Shown here piece by piece: positions 31,100 through 40,087 of a DNA stretch of 61,370 nt. Every line of letters begins with the position of its first letter. The first letter of the stretch is position 1. Both the position numbers and the translations under genes were made by a program. A model generated the notes under the pieces. That model was given only the letters and a program-made list of their open reading frames with translations. It did not search any database and was not told the origin of the DNA. Origin of the DNA: Pseudanabaena sp. UWO311 (GTDB taxonomy: Bacteria; Bacteroidota; Bacteroidia; Flavobacteriales; Flavobacteriaceae); NCBI GenBank assembly GCA_943371725.1, contig CALRVY020000001.1, forward strand, positions 1 through 61,370, written 5' to 3'.

Positions 31100-31256
31100 C
31101 GCATTTCCGCACAAGGGATGGCAACGGAAAGCCGTGCCGGCAAACGGCGCTTGAAGCCCGACTGCGTTGTGGCGACCAACGCAAGCCGCGACGCGGCGTG
31201 GCTGAAACGCTTTTGCTTAGTGCGCCTTGCAGTGTACAGCCCGACCTGCCGTACAC
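31100..31256 (-). ncRNA. Flavo-1-like element, copy A of a direct repeat
   Basis: Minus strand GGTCGGGCTGTACACTGCAA...GGCTTGCGTTGGTCGCC...GCTTTCCGTTGCCATCCC. Confidence 0.65.
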
Positions 31257-31622
31257 GATTTGTTTGCGCGGATCTCAAATACGCGCTACCCGATTTTTTA
31301 CGGCAGGATGTGCCCAAAAAATTCGAACCTAAAACCATAAAATAATCTTACGTATTAAAATCTACTTGTTCGACTAACAGTTAGGGCACATTTATATTTT
31401 GTACAACATACTTCTTTCCTTTTTTTGATAACTGCGAAAAAAGTAGTTTATTCGCAATAACGCAAAATGCATATTTCTAGGATATTTAGCCTTATGTTGT
31501 TTTGAACATTTTTAAATAGATGAATTTCAGATTTTTATGTTTTTGCTCTAACAACTTAGGCAATAAACTTAAGATACTACACTAAAAAATTACAACCAAT
31601 AAAAACCAATAAACTATTTTAA

Positions 31623-32366
31623 ATGACTTTTTTAAAACCTAACGAAAAAAGAGCTAAAAATGCCATAGCACTAATTTGGATTATGCTTGTTATGGAAATT
31701 GTGAAAATACTATCGAACTATATGCAATACGACTTACTGGTAGGGGCAGATAGCGAAAATGGAATTAACATGGAAGCTGCCAATGCAAACGATCTTCGGC
31801 AAATGATCGTTGGTATTTTTTATCTTATCGCCTATATCGTTTCAATAGTTACTTTTATATTGTGGTTTCGCCGGGCATATTACAATTTACATGTGAAAAA
31901 CGACAACTTAAATCATACTGAAGGTTGGGCAGCTGGCGGCTGGTTTGTGCCTATTATGAGTTTATACGTTCCGTATCAAATCATGAAAGAATTGTATGAA
32001 GAAACAGAAGAACTTCTTTATAAAAAAGGAATTGATTTATCGCAAAGTCTTTCAACAACTTACGTTGGTTGGTGGTGGGGACTGTGGATCCTAAATAATT
32101 TCATCGCACAGATTTTGTTTCGGACATCAGGAGAGGAACAAACAGTAGAGGAATTAGCAAACACTTCTTTGGTTGAGATAGGTACAAGCTTTTTTGGTAT
32201 TGTATTGGCGTTAATTACGGTTAAAGTAATAAAAAACTACGCAGCTGCAGAAGTGCTTTTCGCGAAAATTGACGAGATGGAAGAACCAGCAACCACAACA
32301 AATACTACCTTAGAAAACGAATCAAAGGCAGTGGAAACCGATTTGCCAGCAGAAGAAAAGGAGTGA
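31623..32366 (+). CDS. DUF4328 membrane protein
   Basis: FILWFRRAYYNL, GWAAGGWFVPI..LY.PY and WWWGLW motifs. Confidence 0.8.
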   Translation: MTFLKPNEKRAKNAIALIWIMLVMEIVKILSNYMQYDLLVGADSENGINMEAANANDLRQMIVGIFYLIAYIVSIVTFILWFRRAYYNLHVKNDNLNHTEGWAAGGWFVPIMSLYVPYQIMKELYEETEELLYKKGIDLSQSLSTTYVGWWWGLWILNNFIAQILFRTSGEEQTVEELANTSLVEIGTSFFGIVLALITVKVIKNYAAAEVLFAKIDEMEEPATTTNTTLENESKAVETDLPAEEKE

Positions 32367-32460
32367 TTTAACTCGATAACCTGAATGCCCGGATTTCCAA
32401 ATCTGTCCTTAAATTTACTTTTTGTTATTTCTGTAAAACCTGAAAAGACACGTTCTTAAA

Positions 32461-32615
32461 CGCATTTCCGCACAAGGGATGGCAACGGAAAGCCGTGCCG
32501 GCAAACGGCGATTGAAGCCCGTAGCGGTGCGGCGACCCAAGAAGCCGAACCAAAACGAGGCTGAAACGCTGTTTGCCGGTGCGCCTTGCAGTGTACAGCC
32601 CGACCTGCCGTACAC
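32461..32615 (-). ncRNA. Flavo-1-like element, copy B of the direct repeat
   Basis: First 50 bp identical to 31100-31149; conserved GTGCGCCTTGCAGTGTACAGCCCGACCTGCCGTACAC end. Confidence 0.65.
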
Positions 32616-32639
32616 TAATGTTTTGCGCGTATCTCAAAT

Positions 32640-32858
32640 AACGTGAGTTCGATGTAAAAATCGAAATTAGAAATCATTTAAATAGTTGATTACAAGGCGT
32701 ATTTTCTTTGGGATACCGAGGTATCTCAAAAAAATACAACGCCGTAAGCGACTGTTTAAATGGTTAGCTTTAAAAAATCCAGCGTGAAAATTATTTTCTT
32801 ATAATTAAAGTCCTCATTACAAGCGATCTAATAAAGATTTTTATGTCGAACCCACGTT
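32640..32858 (+). mobile_element. MITE (219 bp) with candidate AAT target duplication
   Basis: TIRs AACGTGAGTTCGATGTAAAAATC / GATTTTTATGTCGAACCCACGTT; absent from the paralogous site near 31280. Confidence 0.8.
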
Positions 32859-32903
32859 AATTCCGCGCTACCGGATTTTTTACGGCAGGATGTGCCCAAA
32901 AAA

Positions 32904-34253
32904 CTATACAGCCGATGAAAACAGCTTTGTTTCGGGAGCTTTTCGGTGCAATTGCAAATCGAACGCCATGCAAATGTTGCGAATAAAGGGTCGGCCGGCT
33001 TCGGTAACCTGCAAATTATTGGGTGATAAAACCACTAATCCATCGGAAATAAACGAAGCTAATTTGCGACTAAGCATTTTAAAATCAATGTAATGATACA
33101 ACTCTTCGTCCCACTTTGTTTCCAATTTGCACATGATATTCAAAATGTGTTGTTGCATGTACTGGTCTTCGACGGAAAGCAAATGACCTTTTTGAATGGG
33201 AAAATCGTTTGTACTTAAAATCTGATAATACTCTTTGAGTGTTTTGGTATTTTGGCTAAACGCCGCGCCTGAATTGCTAATTGCCGAAACGCCCAAACCG
33301 AGCTGCACGGTCGACGGCGCTGTGGTGTAACCCATAAAATTTCGGTGTAAAGTTCCGGCGATACTCTGTTTGTAGAGATCGTCGTTGGCAAGTGCAAAAT
33401 GATCCATTCCGATTTCGAAATAGTCGTTTTCCAGCAGTAATTCGCGTGCAATTTCGTAGAGTTTTCGTTTGGTTTCGCCTTGCGGTAAGTCGGCCTCTTG
33501 AAATCCGCGTTGCCCCGTACCTTTCACCCAAGGCACATGCGCGTAGCTGTACAGCGAAATGCGATCGGGTTTGAGAATGGTTGTTTTTTCGATACTGTCG
33601 ATGATATCGGTTTCGTTCTGGAAAGGCAAGCCATAAACCAAATCGTGGGAAACACTTTTATAACCGGTTTCTCGTGCGATGAAACTCACTTTTGCAACAT
33701 CGTAAAAACTTTGAAACCGATTGATTGCTTTTTGAATAAGCTCGTTGTAATCTTGCACGCCAAAGCTAACGCGCGAAAATCCGTACGATTTTAAGACTTG
33801 TAAATGCGCTAAGGTGGTTGAATGCGGGTGCCCTTCGAAACCAAACTCGAAATTCGGAGCTACTTTTACGGTACTCAAAATTCCTTCCATTAATTTTTCC
33901 AAAGACTTTGGACTGAAAAACGTAGGAGTTCCGCCACCGAGGTGCAGTTCTTTTAAAGCGGGTTTATCTTTAAAAACATCGAGATAAAGTTTCCATTCTT
34001 TCAGCACGGCGTTTATATAAGGTGTTTCAACCTCGTGTCGTTTGGTAATGTATTTATGGCAACCACAAAACGTACAGAGTCGTTCGCAAAACGGCAAATG
34101 AATGTACAAACTTAGCTCGTTGTTATTGGATACGTGTTTTTTTAGGTGTGCAACTGCTTTCGATTTCGAAAAATGCTCGACATCCCAGTACGGAACAGTT
34201 GGGTAGCTCGTATATCTTGGCGCCGCAATATTGTACTTTTCAAAGAAATTCAT
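32904..34253 (-). CDS. hemN: Oxygen-independent coproporphyrinogen III oxidase
   Basis: PRYTSYPT, YIHLPFCERLCTFC, GGGTP, IGMDHF and RNFMGY motifs. Confidence 0.95.
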   Translation of the reverse strand: MNFFEKYNIAAPRYTSYPTVPYWDVEHFSKSKAVAHLKKHVSNNNELSLYIHLPFCERLCTFCGCHKYITKRHEVETPYINAVLKEWKLYLDVFKDKPALKELHLGGGTPTFFSPKSLEKLMEGILSTVKVAPNFEFGFEGHPHSTTLAHLQVLKSYGFSRVSFGVQDYNELIQKAINRFQSFYDVAKVSFIARETGYKSVSHDLVYGLPFQNETDIIDSIEKTTILKPDRISLYSYAHVPWVKGTGQRGFQEADLPQGETKRKLYEIARELLLENDYFEIGMDHFALANDDLYKQSIAGTLHRNFMGYTTAPSTVQLGLGVSAISNSGAAFSQNTKTLKEYYQILSTNDFPIQKGHLLSVEDQYMQQHILNIMCKLETKWDEELYHYIDFKMLSRKLASFISDGLVVLSPNNLQVTEAGRPFIRNICMAFDLQLHRKAPETKLFSSAV

Positions 34254-34298
34254 CCCTCAGTTTTCAACAAAAGTACCGCTGCTACACTACTGAAAATA

Positions 34299-34310
34299 TG
34301 ATAATTGTCA
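34299..34310. promoter_or_regulatory. Fnr-like box TGATAATTGTCA upstream of hemN
   Basis: Exact reverse complement of the 21633 box. Confidence 0.7.
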
Positions 34311-34354
34311 GTTGAATGAAAATTCCGAAAAAAGGCAACTCACGGATTTCTTTT

Positions 34355-35278
34355 TTACAAGAAAGGAAGTGTTAATCCTAATTTTAGAGCCGTTTTCGTA
34401 CCTACCACGCCGTCGACATCTTTGGTGGAAAAGTTTGCTTTTTGGAATGCTAAAACGGCGAGCAGTGTATTTTTTCCAAAATGACCATCGATTTGGGTGT
34501 TAAAAAATTCCAGTTCGGTTAATCGTTTTTGTAAGGATACAACTAATTGACCTTTGGATCCGAAACGCAAACGCAGTTGCACCTGTGCGTTGGTTTGGGC
34601 AACAAATTGTGCGTCGGAAGCCCGAAATAAGGCGTAGGAGAATTTGTTTTGTGCTGGCGAATCGCGGTAAATTACGTCGTGGAATTTCTTCCAAAAACCG
34701 GTGTTGGGTGCGTATTTTCTTGATTTTGAATTGGGTAATCCAACAACAACTTGGCAACCTGCGCTGCTGTACGGACCATCGAGTGCGGTACTGTATGAGG
34801 CGTGAATGTTATCGTTTGGGTTTCCAACTTCTATGGAATCGTCGTTGGTAAACACTAAATCGTTTGTGGTACGCCGCAATACAACGTTTGTTGCTAATCG
34901 AAGTGCCGAATGTGCGCCGTTTATACTTGGGTTGTGAAACCCTTTTTCGTAATACGAATAAAAGCCGGATTGCATAGCATTGGCACGCCCCAAACCTGCG
35001 ACTTGTTTTTTCATGTATTTAAGATGTGGGACTGTACTTCCGGGAAACAACGCTATTTGAGAAGTTAACGGATCATAAATACCAAGTAAACAACGCGGAT
35101 TTTCATAATTTAAAACACTTGCTTGAATAACGTGTTCGTTTTTAAAAGTAGCACATGAATGGAGTGTTGAAATACAAGCGCGTAAACCGAAAATTAGTTT
35201 TTCGGTCTTCGAATACTGAAAACTATTTATTGCGAGTAAATATTCGAGATTTTTTGCTGAAAAAGTGAATTTTTCCAT
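34355..35278 (-). CDS. Peptidoglycan-binding protein with putative His/Cys (YkuD-like) catalytic domain
   Basis: NIHA-x12-SAGCQV motif; C-terminal PG_binding_1 (LRFGSKG..V..LQ..L...IDG.FG..T..AV.AFQ...VDGVVG..T). Confidence 0.7.
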   Translation of the reverse strand: MEKFTFSAKNLEYLLAINSFQYSKTEKLIFGLRACISTLHSCATFKNEHVIQASVLNYENPRCLLGIYDPLTSQIALFPGSTVPHLKYMKKQVAGLGRANAMQSGFYSYYEKGFHNPSINGAHSALRLATNVVLRRTTNDLVFTNDDSIEVGNPNDNIHASYSTALDGPYSSAGCQVVVGLPNSKSRKYAPNTGFWKKFHDVIYRDSPAQNKFSYALFRASDAQFVAQTNAQVQLRLRFGSKGQLVVSLQKRLTELEFFNTQIDGHFGKNTLLAVLAFQKANFSTKDVDGVVGTKTALKLGLTLPFL

Positions 35279-35584
35279 GATTTCGGAACTTAATTTAAGC
35301 TAAGTTATTCATTTTTATACGCTTAAACAAATCCAAATAAATTCCTTAAGTGTAGTAAACACTACCCCTTACAAAAAAGAAATTAAAAAACTTTACGGAA
35401 AAACCTTTTTTCGATGAAATACATGTTGTTTTTAACATTTGGAATCGTAACTTTGTTTTAGAAAAGAGAAAGTATGGTTTTCGTTTTTGAGCAATTAAAC
35501 ATAAAACGTTAACAATATTTTAATTTTTTAACTGATTTAAGAACCCACTATTTAATTTAAGAATAACCAAACAAAAAGAACCTC

Positions 35585-36166
35585 ATGAGATACAGAAGAT
35601 TATCAGGAGAAGAATTCCGAGAGATTTTCCTCGGTCACAAAACCAGAGTTCGTTACGCAGTTTCAAGTTTTGGAAGAATTTTGAGTTTTTCCAGAGAAAT
35701 GACCGACGGGAAGATTCTAAAGGGTGGTGAACGAGATGGCTATCGAGTACTACCTGTTAAAGTAAGCGATGACGAAAGTCCAAAGTCGAAAGTGTACTTT
35801 GTAGGCAAACTCGTCGCAGAAGCTTTCTTGGAAAGACCGAGTCCAGAACACACCTACGTTTTACACTTGGATTACAAAAGAGCAAACGACCGACTTGAAA
35901 ACCTGAAGTTTGCAACGTACCAAGAAATGCTTGACCATGGAAATCAAAGTCCACACGTCAAAGAAGCGCGTAAAAAACTGATTCAACACAACATCAAAAG
36001 CGACGGAAGAAAACTAACGGTAGCTAATGTAATTAAGTTGAAGAAGATTTTAGCGGACCCAAATCGCAAAATAAAACTTCGTGCCCTTGCTAGACAATTC
36101 AACATCAGTGAAATGCAGTTGTTTAGAATTAAGAAAGGTGAAAATTGGGGACACATTGAAGTGTAA
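35585..36166 (+). CDS. NUMOD4/HNH-like protein with C-terminal HTH
   Basis: YAVSSFGRI, LVAEAFL, VLHLDYKRAND..ENL, then LARQFNISEMQLFRIKKGENW. Confidence 0.75.
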   Translation: MRYRRLSGEEFREIFLGHKTRVRYAVSSFGRILSFSREMTDGKILKGGERDGYRVLPVKVSDDESPKSKVYFVGKLVAEAFLERPSPEHTYVLHLDYKRANDRLENLKFATYQEMLDHGNQSPHVKEARKKLIQHNIKSDGRKLTVANVIKLKKILADPNRKIKLRALARQFNISEMQLFRIKKGENWGHIEV

Positions 36167-36174
36167 CCAAAATT

Positions 36175-36202
36175 AAATCCCCTCCCCCAGGGGATTTTTT
36201 TT
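36175..36202 (+). terminator. Intrinsic terminator
   Basis: AAATCCCCT-CCCCC-AGGGGATTT followed by a T-run. Confidence 0.75.
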
Positions 36203-36252
36203 GCTCTAAACTTTTGCTAATTAATGGCTCTGACTGTGTTATAGACTTAATT

Positions 36253-36468
36253 GACGTGAGTTCGATATAAAAGTTGCTGTTTGAAATCATTTAAATAGCT
36301 GGCTACGATGCGGATTTTTTAGAATACCCAGGTATGAAAAAAAAATGCACAGAAATAAACGACTTTTTAAATGATTGGCTTTAAAAACAAGCTAAAGTAA
36401 TTCACGGTGGTAGCATTAAAATCTCATTTTCGTGCGATCTAACAGAGATTTTTTCTAGAACTAACCTT
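36253..36468 (+). mobile_element. MITE, diverged copy of the 32640 element
   Basis: GACGTGAGTTCGATATAAAA left end; shared GAAATCATTTAAATAG and GCGATCTAA; degenerate right end. Confidence 0.7.
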
Positions 36469-36600
36469 ATTTTAGAGCGCACAATCGAACGCGCATATTC
36501 ATTTTTGTTCGAACTTAGCAGTAAATTGCTCTAAAACTGCGTTCGATTAAAAATTTTTGTCAGAACGCTTGAAATGAACAAATTGTGAAATCCAATAGCA

Positions 36601-37305
36601 ATGGAAAAGAACAACTTCCACGCTAAACCCAATTGTATGAATGCAAGAGATTTTTATCGAAAGTACGGCATTGAACTTATTCCTGCTGCTTTAGCCGATT
36701 TAACACTCGGAAAGTGCATCTGGGACGGCGGCTGGTTCGACAAGCCTTCGTTTGAAAAAGCAGGAATGCCTAGCTACATTTTTAATGCTTTTGTAGCAGA
36801 AAATTTGATTACACTCGATGAAAGCGACGCGTATTTACAGCGATTTCGAGAGTTGCCCCGAATCGAAGCTGCCTTTGCTAAAGAAAGTATCGATTTAGAG
36901 ACCGACGACGTACTGCAACTGGGAATTCCGCAATTAGCAAGCATTCAAGCCCGATTTGATTTAGTGAGCAACGGACGTTTTTCGGTTTTAGAAGCTCGTG
37001 GAAAAAGCATACCTAATCGAGATCGCATTATCATTGATCGTTTACTCGACCAGTTAAAATCTAAAAATTGGGACAAATATCGTTCGGCTTTGCGACGCGC
37101 TTACATGATCACTGAACTTTATTACGGCGCTTTGGAAGTAATAATCGACAAACAATGGGAAACCGAACTGGATGCTGCCCTCGGAGTTACTGCCTCCGAT
37201 CAAATGGTAAAACTAAAAGTTGGAAAGTCGATTTCGTACACCTTTCCCAACGGAAATGTACCTTTTGGAATGCGAATCGAACGCATAAAGTTTTTCAATA
37301 GCTGA
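36601..37305 (+). CDS. Putative bacterial gasdermin-like pore-forming protein
   Basis: N-terminal (C)...FYRKYGIELIP...LG, central amphipathic strands, AYMITELY...V, C-terminal YTFP.GNVPFGMRI; alternative start at 36637. Confidence 0.6.
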   Translation: MEKNNFHAKPNCMNARDFYRKYGIELIPAALADLTLGKCIWDGGWFDKPSFEKAGMPSYIFNAFVAENLITLDESDAYLQRFRELPRIEAAFAKESIDLETDDVLQLGIPQLASIQARFDLVSNGRFSVLEARGKSIPNRDRIIIDRLLDQLKSKNWDKYRSALRRAYMITELYYGALEVIIDKQWETELDAALGVTASDQMVKLKVGKSISYTFPNGNVPFGMRIERIKFFNS

Positions 37306-37336
37306 AAAAAGTACCTTTGCGAACTTAATTTTTCGC

Positions 37337-38239
37337 ATGGAACAAAAAAATGTACTTAAAGGAGTCTTGTTTGTAGGAGCCGGAGCTGCAGTTTACGGTA
37401 TGCTGGCCACTTTTGTGAAGCTTGCGTACGCTGATAAATCGGAGTCGGGTATCGGTTTTACTACAGCTGAAGTTACCACGTCGCAATTTGCACTCGGACT
37501 CTTATTCACTGGAATTTTAGTTCTTTTAAATTCGAAATCGAAAAATCAAAAACCGAATCCAACGCCTGCGGAAATAAAATCGCTAATCATTGCCGGAACT
37601 TCAACTGGATTAACGAGCATATTCTACTATTTATCAGTAAAATACATTCCCGTTTCAATTGCCATTGTACTTTTAATGCAAACCGTTTGGATTGGCGTTG
37701 CTTTAGAAGCACTGCTACAAAAACAACGACCTTCGACTCCTAAATTGATTGCTATTTTGGTTGTTCTTCTCGGCACTTTGTTGGCAACGAAAGCATTCGA
37801 CGCTCAAGACATTCCTTATTGGCGTGGCTTAGTTTTAGGATTTTTAGCCGCATGTTCGTTTACCACAACAATGTTCACAGCTAATAGTATTGCCACGGCT
37901 GCTGCTTCGGAAAAACGAAGTTTCTGGATGTTAGTTGGCGGCGCATGTATGGTTTTTCCTTTCGCGCTAATAACACAAGAAACCAGTTTCAACTTCGAGA
38001 TTTTCTATACTTGGGGAATTATTCTCGCACTTTTCGGCACCGTAATTCCGCCTATTTTACTTAACAAAGGATTCCCGCTAACGGGCATTGGTTTGGGAAG
38101 TATCGTTGCATCCTTAGAGTTGCCCGTTTCCGTATTGATGGCGTATTTTCTGCTTCACGAAAGTGTAAATTCGTTGCAATGGACCGGTATTGTGCTCATT
38201 TTAATTGCGGTAGTTTTGATTAATCGAAAAAATAAATAG
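37337..38239 (+). CDS. EamA/DMT family transporter
   Basis: About 10 TM helices in two EamA repeats; ELPVSV motif. Confidence 0.88.
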   Translation: MEQKNVLKGVLFVGAGAAVYGMLATFVKLAYADKSESGIGFTTAEVTTSQFALGLLFTGILVLLNSKSKNQKPNPTPAEIKSLIIAGTSTGLTSIFYYLSVKYIPVSIAIVLLMQTVWIGVALEALLQKQRPSTPKLIAILVVLLGTLLATKAFDAQDIPYWRGLVLGFLAACSFTTTMFTANSIATAAASEKRSFWMLVGGACMVFPFALITQETSFNFEIFYTWGIILALFGTVIPPILLNKGFPLTGIGLGSIVASLELPVSVLMAYFLLHESVNSLQWTGIVLILIAVVLINRKNK

Positions 38240-38243
38240 CGCT

Positions 38244-38840
38244 ATGTTGTTTGCTTCCGAACCAATCGTTTTTAATATTCCCGACGGCGAATTGCGCTAT
38301 ATTCCACAATTTATCGCGGCGGAACAATCAGCAGCTCTATTCGAAACACTGATGCACGAAACGCTTTGGCAATCGGATCCGATTCGATTGTTTGGAAAAG
38401 TATATCAACAACCTCGACTCACCGCTTTGTATGGAAACGAGGGAAAACCTTACGGATATTCGGGAATTATCATGCAACCACATCGTTGGACACCGTTGCT
38501 AACCGCTTTAAAGGAACGCGTCGAAGAGCAATCGAATGCTACATTTTCAACAGTGTTACTCAATTTATATCGGAACGGTTCAGATAGCAACGGTTGGCAT
38601 GCCGATAATGAGAGTGCTTTGGGTAGAAACCCCAGTATTGCTTCGTTAAGTTTTGGAGCAACGCGAAAGTTTCAGTTAAAGCACAACTCGATTGCTAATC
38701 AAAAAATAAACATCGATTTAGAAGACGGAAGTTTATTGCTGATGCAAGGCAGTATGCAACATTTTTGGAAACATCAAATTCCGAAAACAACTAAAGAAGT
38801 CGGCCCGCGTATAAACCTAACATTCAGATTAATAAAGTAA
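38244..38840 (+). CDS. alkB: AlkB-family 2OG-Fe(II) dioxygenase (ALKBH2/3-like)
   Basis: LLNLYR.G.D..GWHAD, H-QIPK and RINLTFR motifs. Confidence 0.9.
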   Translation: MLFASEPIVFNIPDGELRYIPQFIAAEQSAALFETLMHETLWQSDPIRLFGKVYQQPRLTALYGNEGKPYGYSGIIMQPHRWTPLLTALKERVEEQSNATFSTVLLNLYRNGSDSNGWHADNESALGRNPSIASLSFGATRKFQLKHNSIANQKINIDLEDGSLLLMQGSMQHFWKHQIPKTTKEVGPRINLTFRLIK

Positions 38841-38880
38841 TATTCCGAAATCTCCTATATTTGGAAAAAGTTATCACTTT

Positions 38881-39702
38881 ATGGAAACCATAGTCGACTT
38901 TTTCAAACACATTGAATCGTACCACCGGGCGCTTATTCTAGCGGGAGGCATTGCTTTTTTTTGGATGATTGAAAATATCCAACCAACTACCCGATTCGAG
39001 TACAAAAAGTGGAATCATGCCGTAATAAACTTCGTTTTCACAGGAACCACTATTTTAGTAAACTTTGCGCTGGCGTTTTTGCTATTGGAAGCGGCACAAA
39101 TTACAAGCAATTACGAGTTTGGCCTGTTGCATCTGCTCCCCGATTTGCCTTTGTGGCTATACACTTTTATAGGTGTTTTTTTACTCGACTTTTTTGCGGC
39201 CTATCTCGCACATTTTACGCAACATAAAATGCCCAAACTCTGGCGCTTTCACATTATCCATCATACCGATATTCACTTAGATACGACTTCGGCAAACCGC
39301 CACCACCCAGGCGAAAGCGTTATTCGTTTCTTGTTCACTGTACTTGGCGTATGCATTTTAGGCACACCGATGTGGATGGTATTTCTGTATCAATCGCTTT
39401 CAGTGGTATTTAGTCAGTTTAACCACGCTAACTTTTCGCTTCCGCGGAAGCTAGAAAACGTTCTAAACAAACTGTTTGTAACGCCCGATTTCCATAAAGT
39501 ACACCACCACATGTATTTGCCGCACACCGATTCGAACTACGGAAACATCTTTTCAACTTGGGATTACCTTTTCGGAACATATATGCACTTAGAACCAAAG
39601 GAAATTGACTTTGGATTAGACACACACAACAACCCGCAAGAGCACAGTAAGTTGCCGAATTTATTGCTTATTCCATTCCAAAAAAAGAAACAAGCAAAAT
39701 AA
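38881..39702 (+). CDS. Sterol desaturase/fatty acid hydroxylase family protein
   Basis: His boxes HFTQH, HIIHH and HKVHH. Confidence 0.88.
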   Translation: METIVDFFKHIESYHRALILAGGIAFFWMIENIQPTTRFEYKKWNHAVINFVFTGTTILVNFALAFLLLEAAQITSNYEFGLLHLLPDLPLWLYTFIGVFLLDFFAAYLAHFTQHKMPKLWRFHIIHHTDIHLDTTSANRHHPGESVIRFLFTVLGVCILGTPMWMVFLYQSLSVVFSQFNHANFSLPRKLENVLNKLFVTPDFHKVHHHMYLPHTDSNYGNIFSTWDYLFGTYMHLEPKEIDFGLDTHNNPQEHSKLPNLLLIPFQKKKQAK

Positions 39703-39791
39703 TTTTTCGCGACGTGATACATGAAATTCAATTTTTTAGTAATATTGACTAACAATTGATAGCATTTTGATTTTGATTTGAGTTTTCTGCA

Positions 39792-40070
39792 ATGAAAAAG
39801 AGTAAACACAGCGACTTGACTCGCGAGCAAATTGAAAAGGTTATGAGTCTAGCCTTGGAGGAAAAAAATCCACTAGAGATCATAAAGAAAGACTTCGGAT
39901 GGTCGGCAAACGAAACCATCGAATTTATGAAAACGAAACTCACCGCCGACAAGTTTGAGCTGTGGAAAAAGAAAGCACAAGCAGCAAAACCCAAACCAAA
40001 GCCCATTCGTTTTGATGATTTTGACGACGATCTCGACGGCAAATATTATATCAAAAATAAATTCGATTAG
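39792..40070 (+). CDS. DUF2805/TIGR03643-like paralog
   Basis: QIEKVMSLALEEKNPLE.IK..FG...F.LW, aligned by eye to the next gene. Confidence 0.65.
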   Translation: MKKSKHSDLTREQIEKVMSLALEEKNPLEIIKKDFGWSANETIEFMKTKLTADKFELWKKKAQAAKPKPKPIRFDDFDDDLDGKYYIKNKFD

Positions 40071-40087
40071 TTCGTATCTTTACGAAC

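Noticed and set aside
31054-31345. Three overlapping ~90-aa ORFs (also 32415-32637, 8351-8584, 16474-16809, 52287-52487)
   Set aside because: They fall on GC-rich structured repeats that lack stops by composition.
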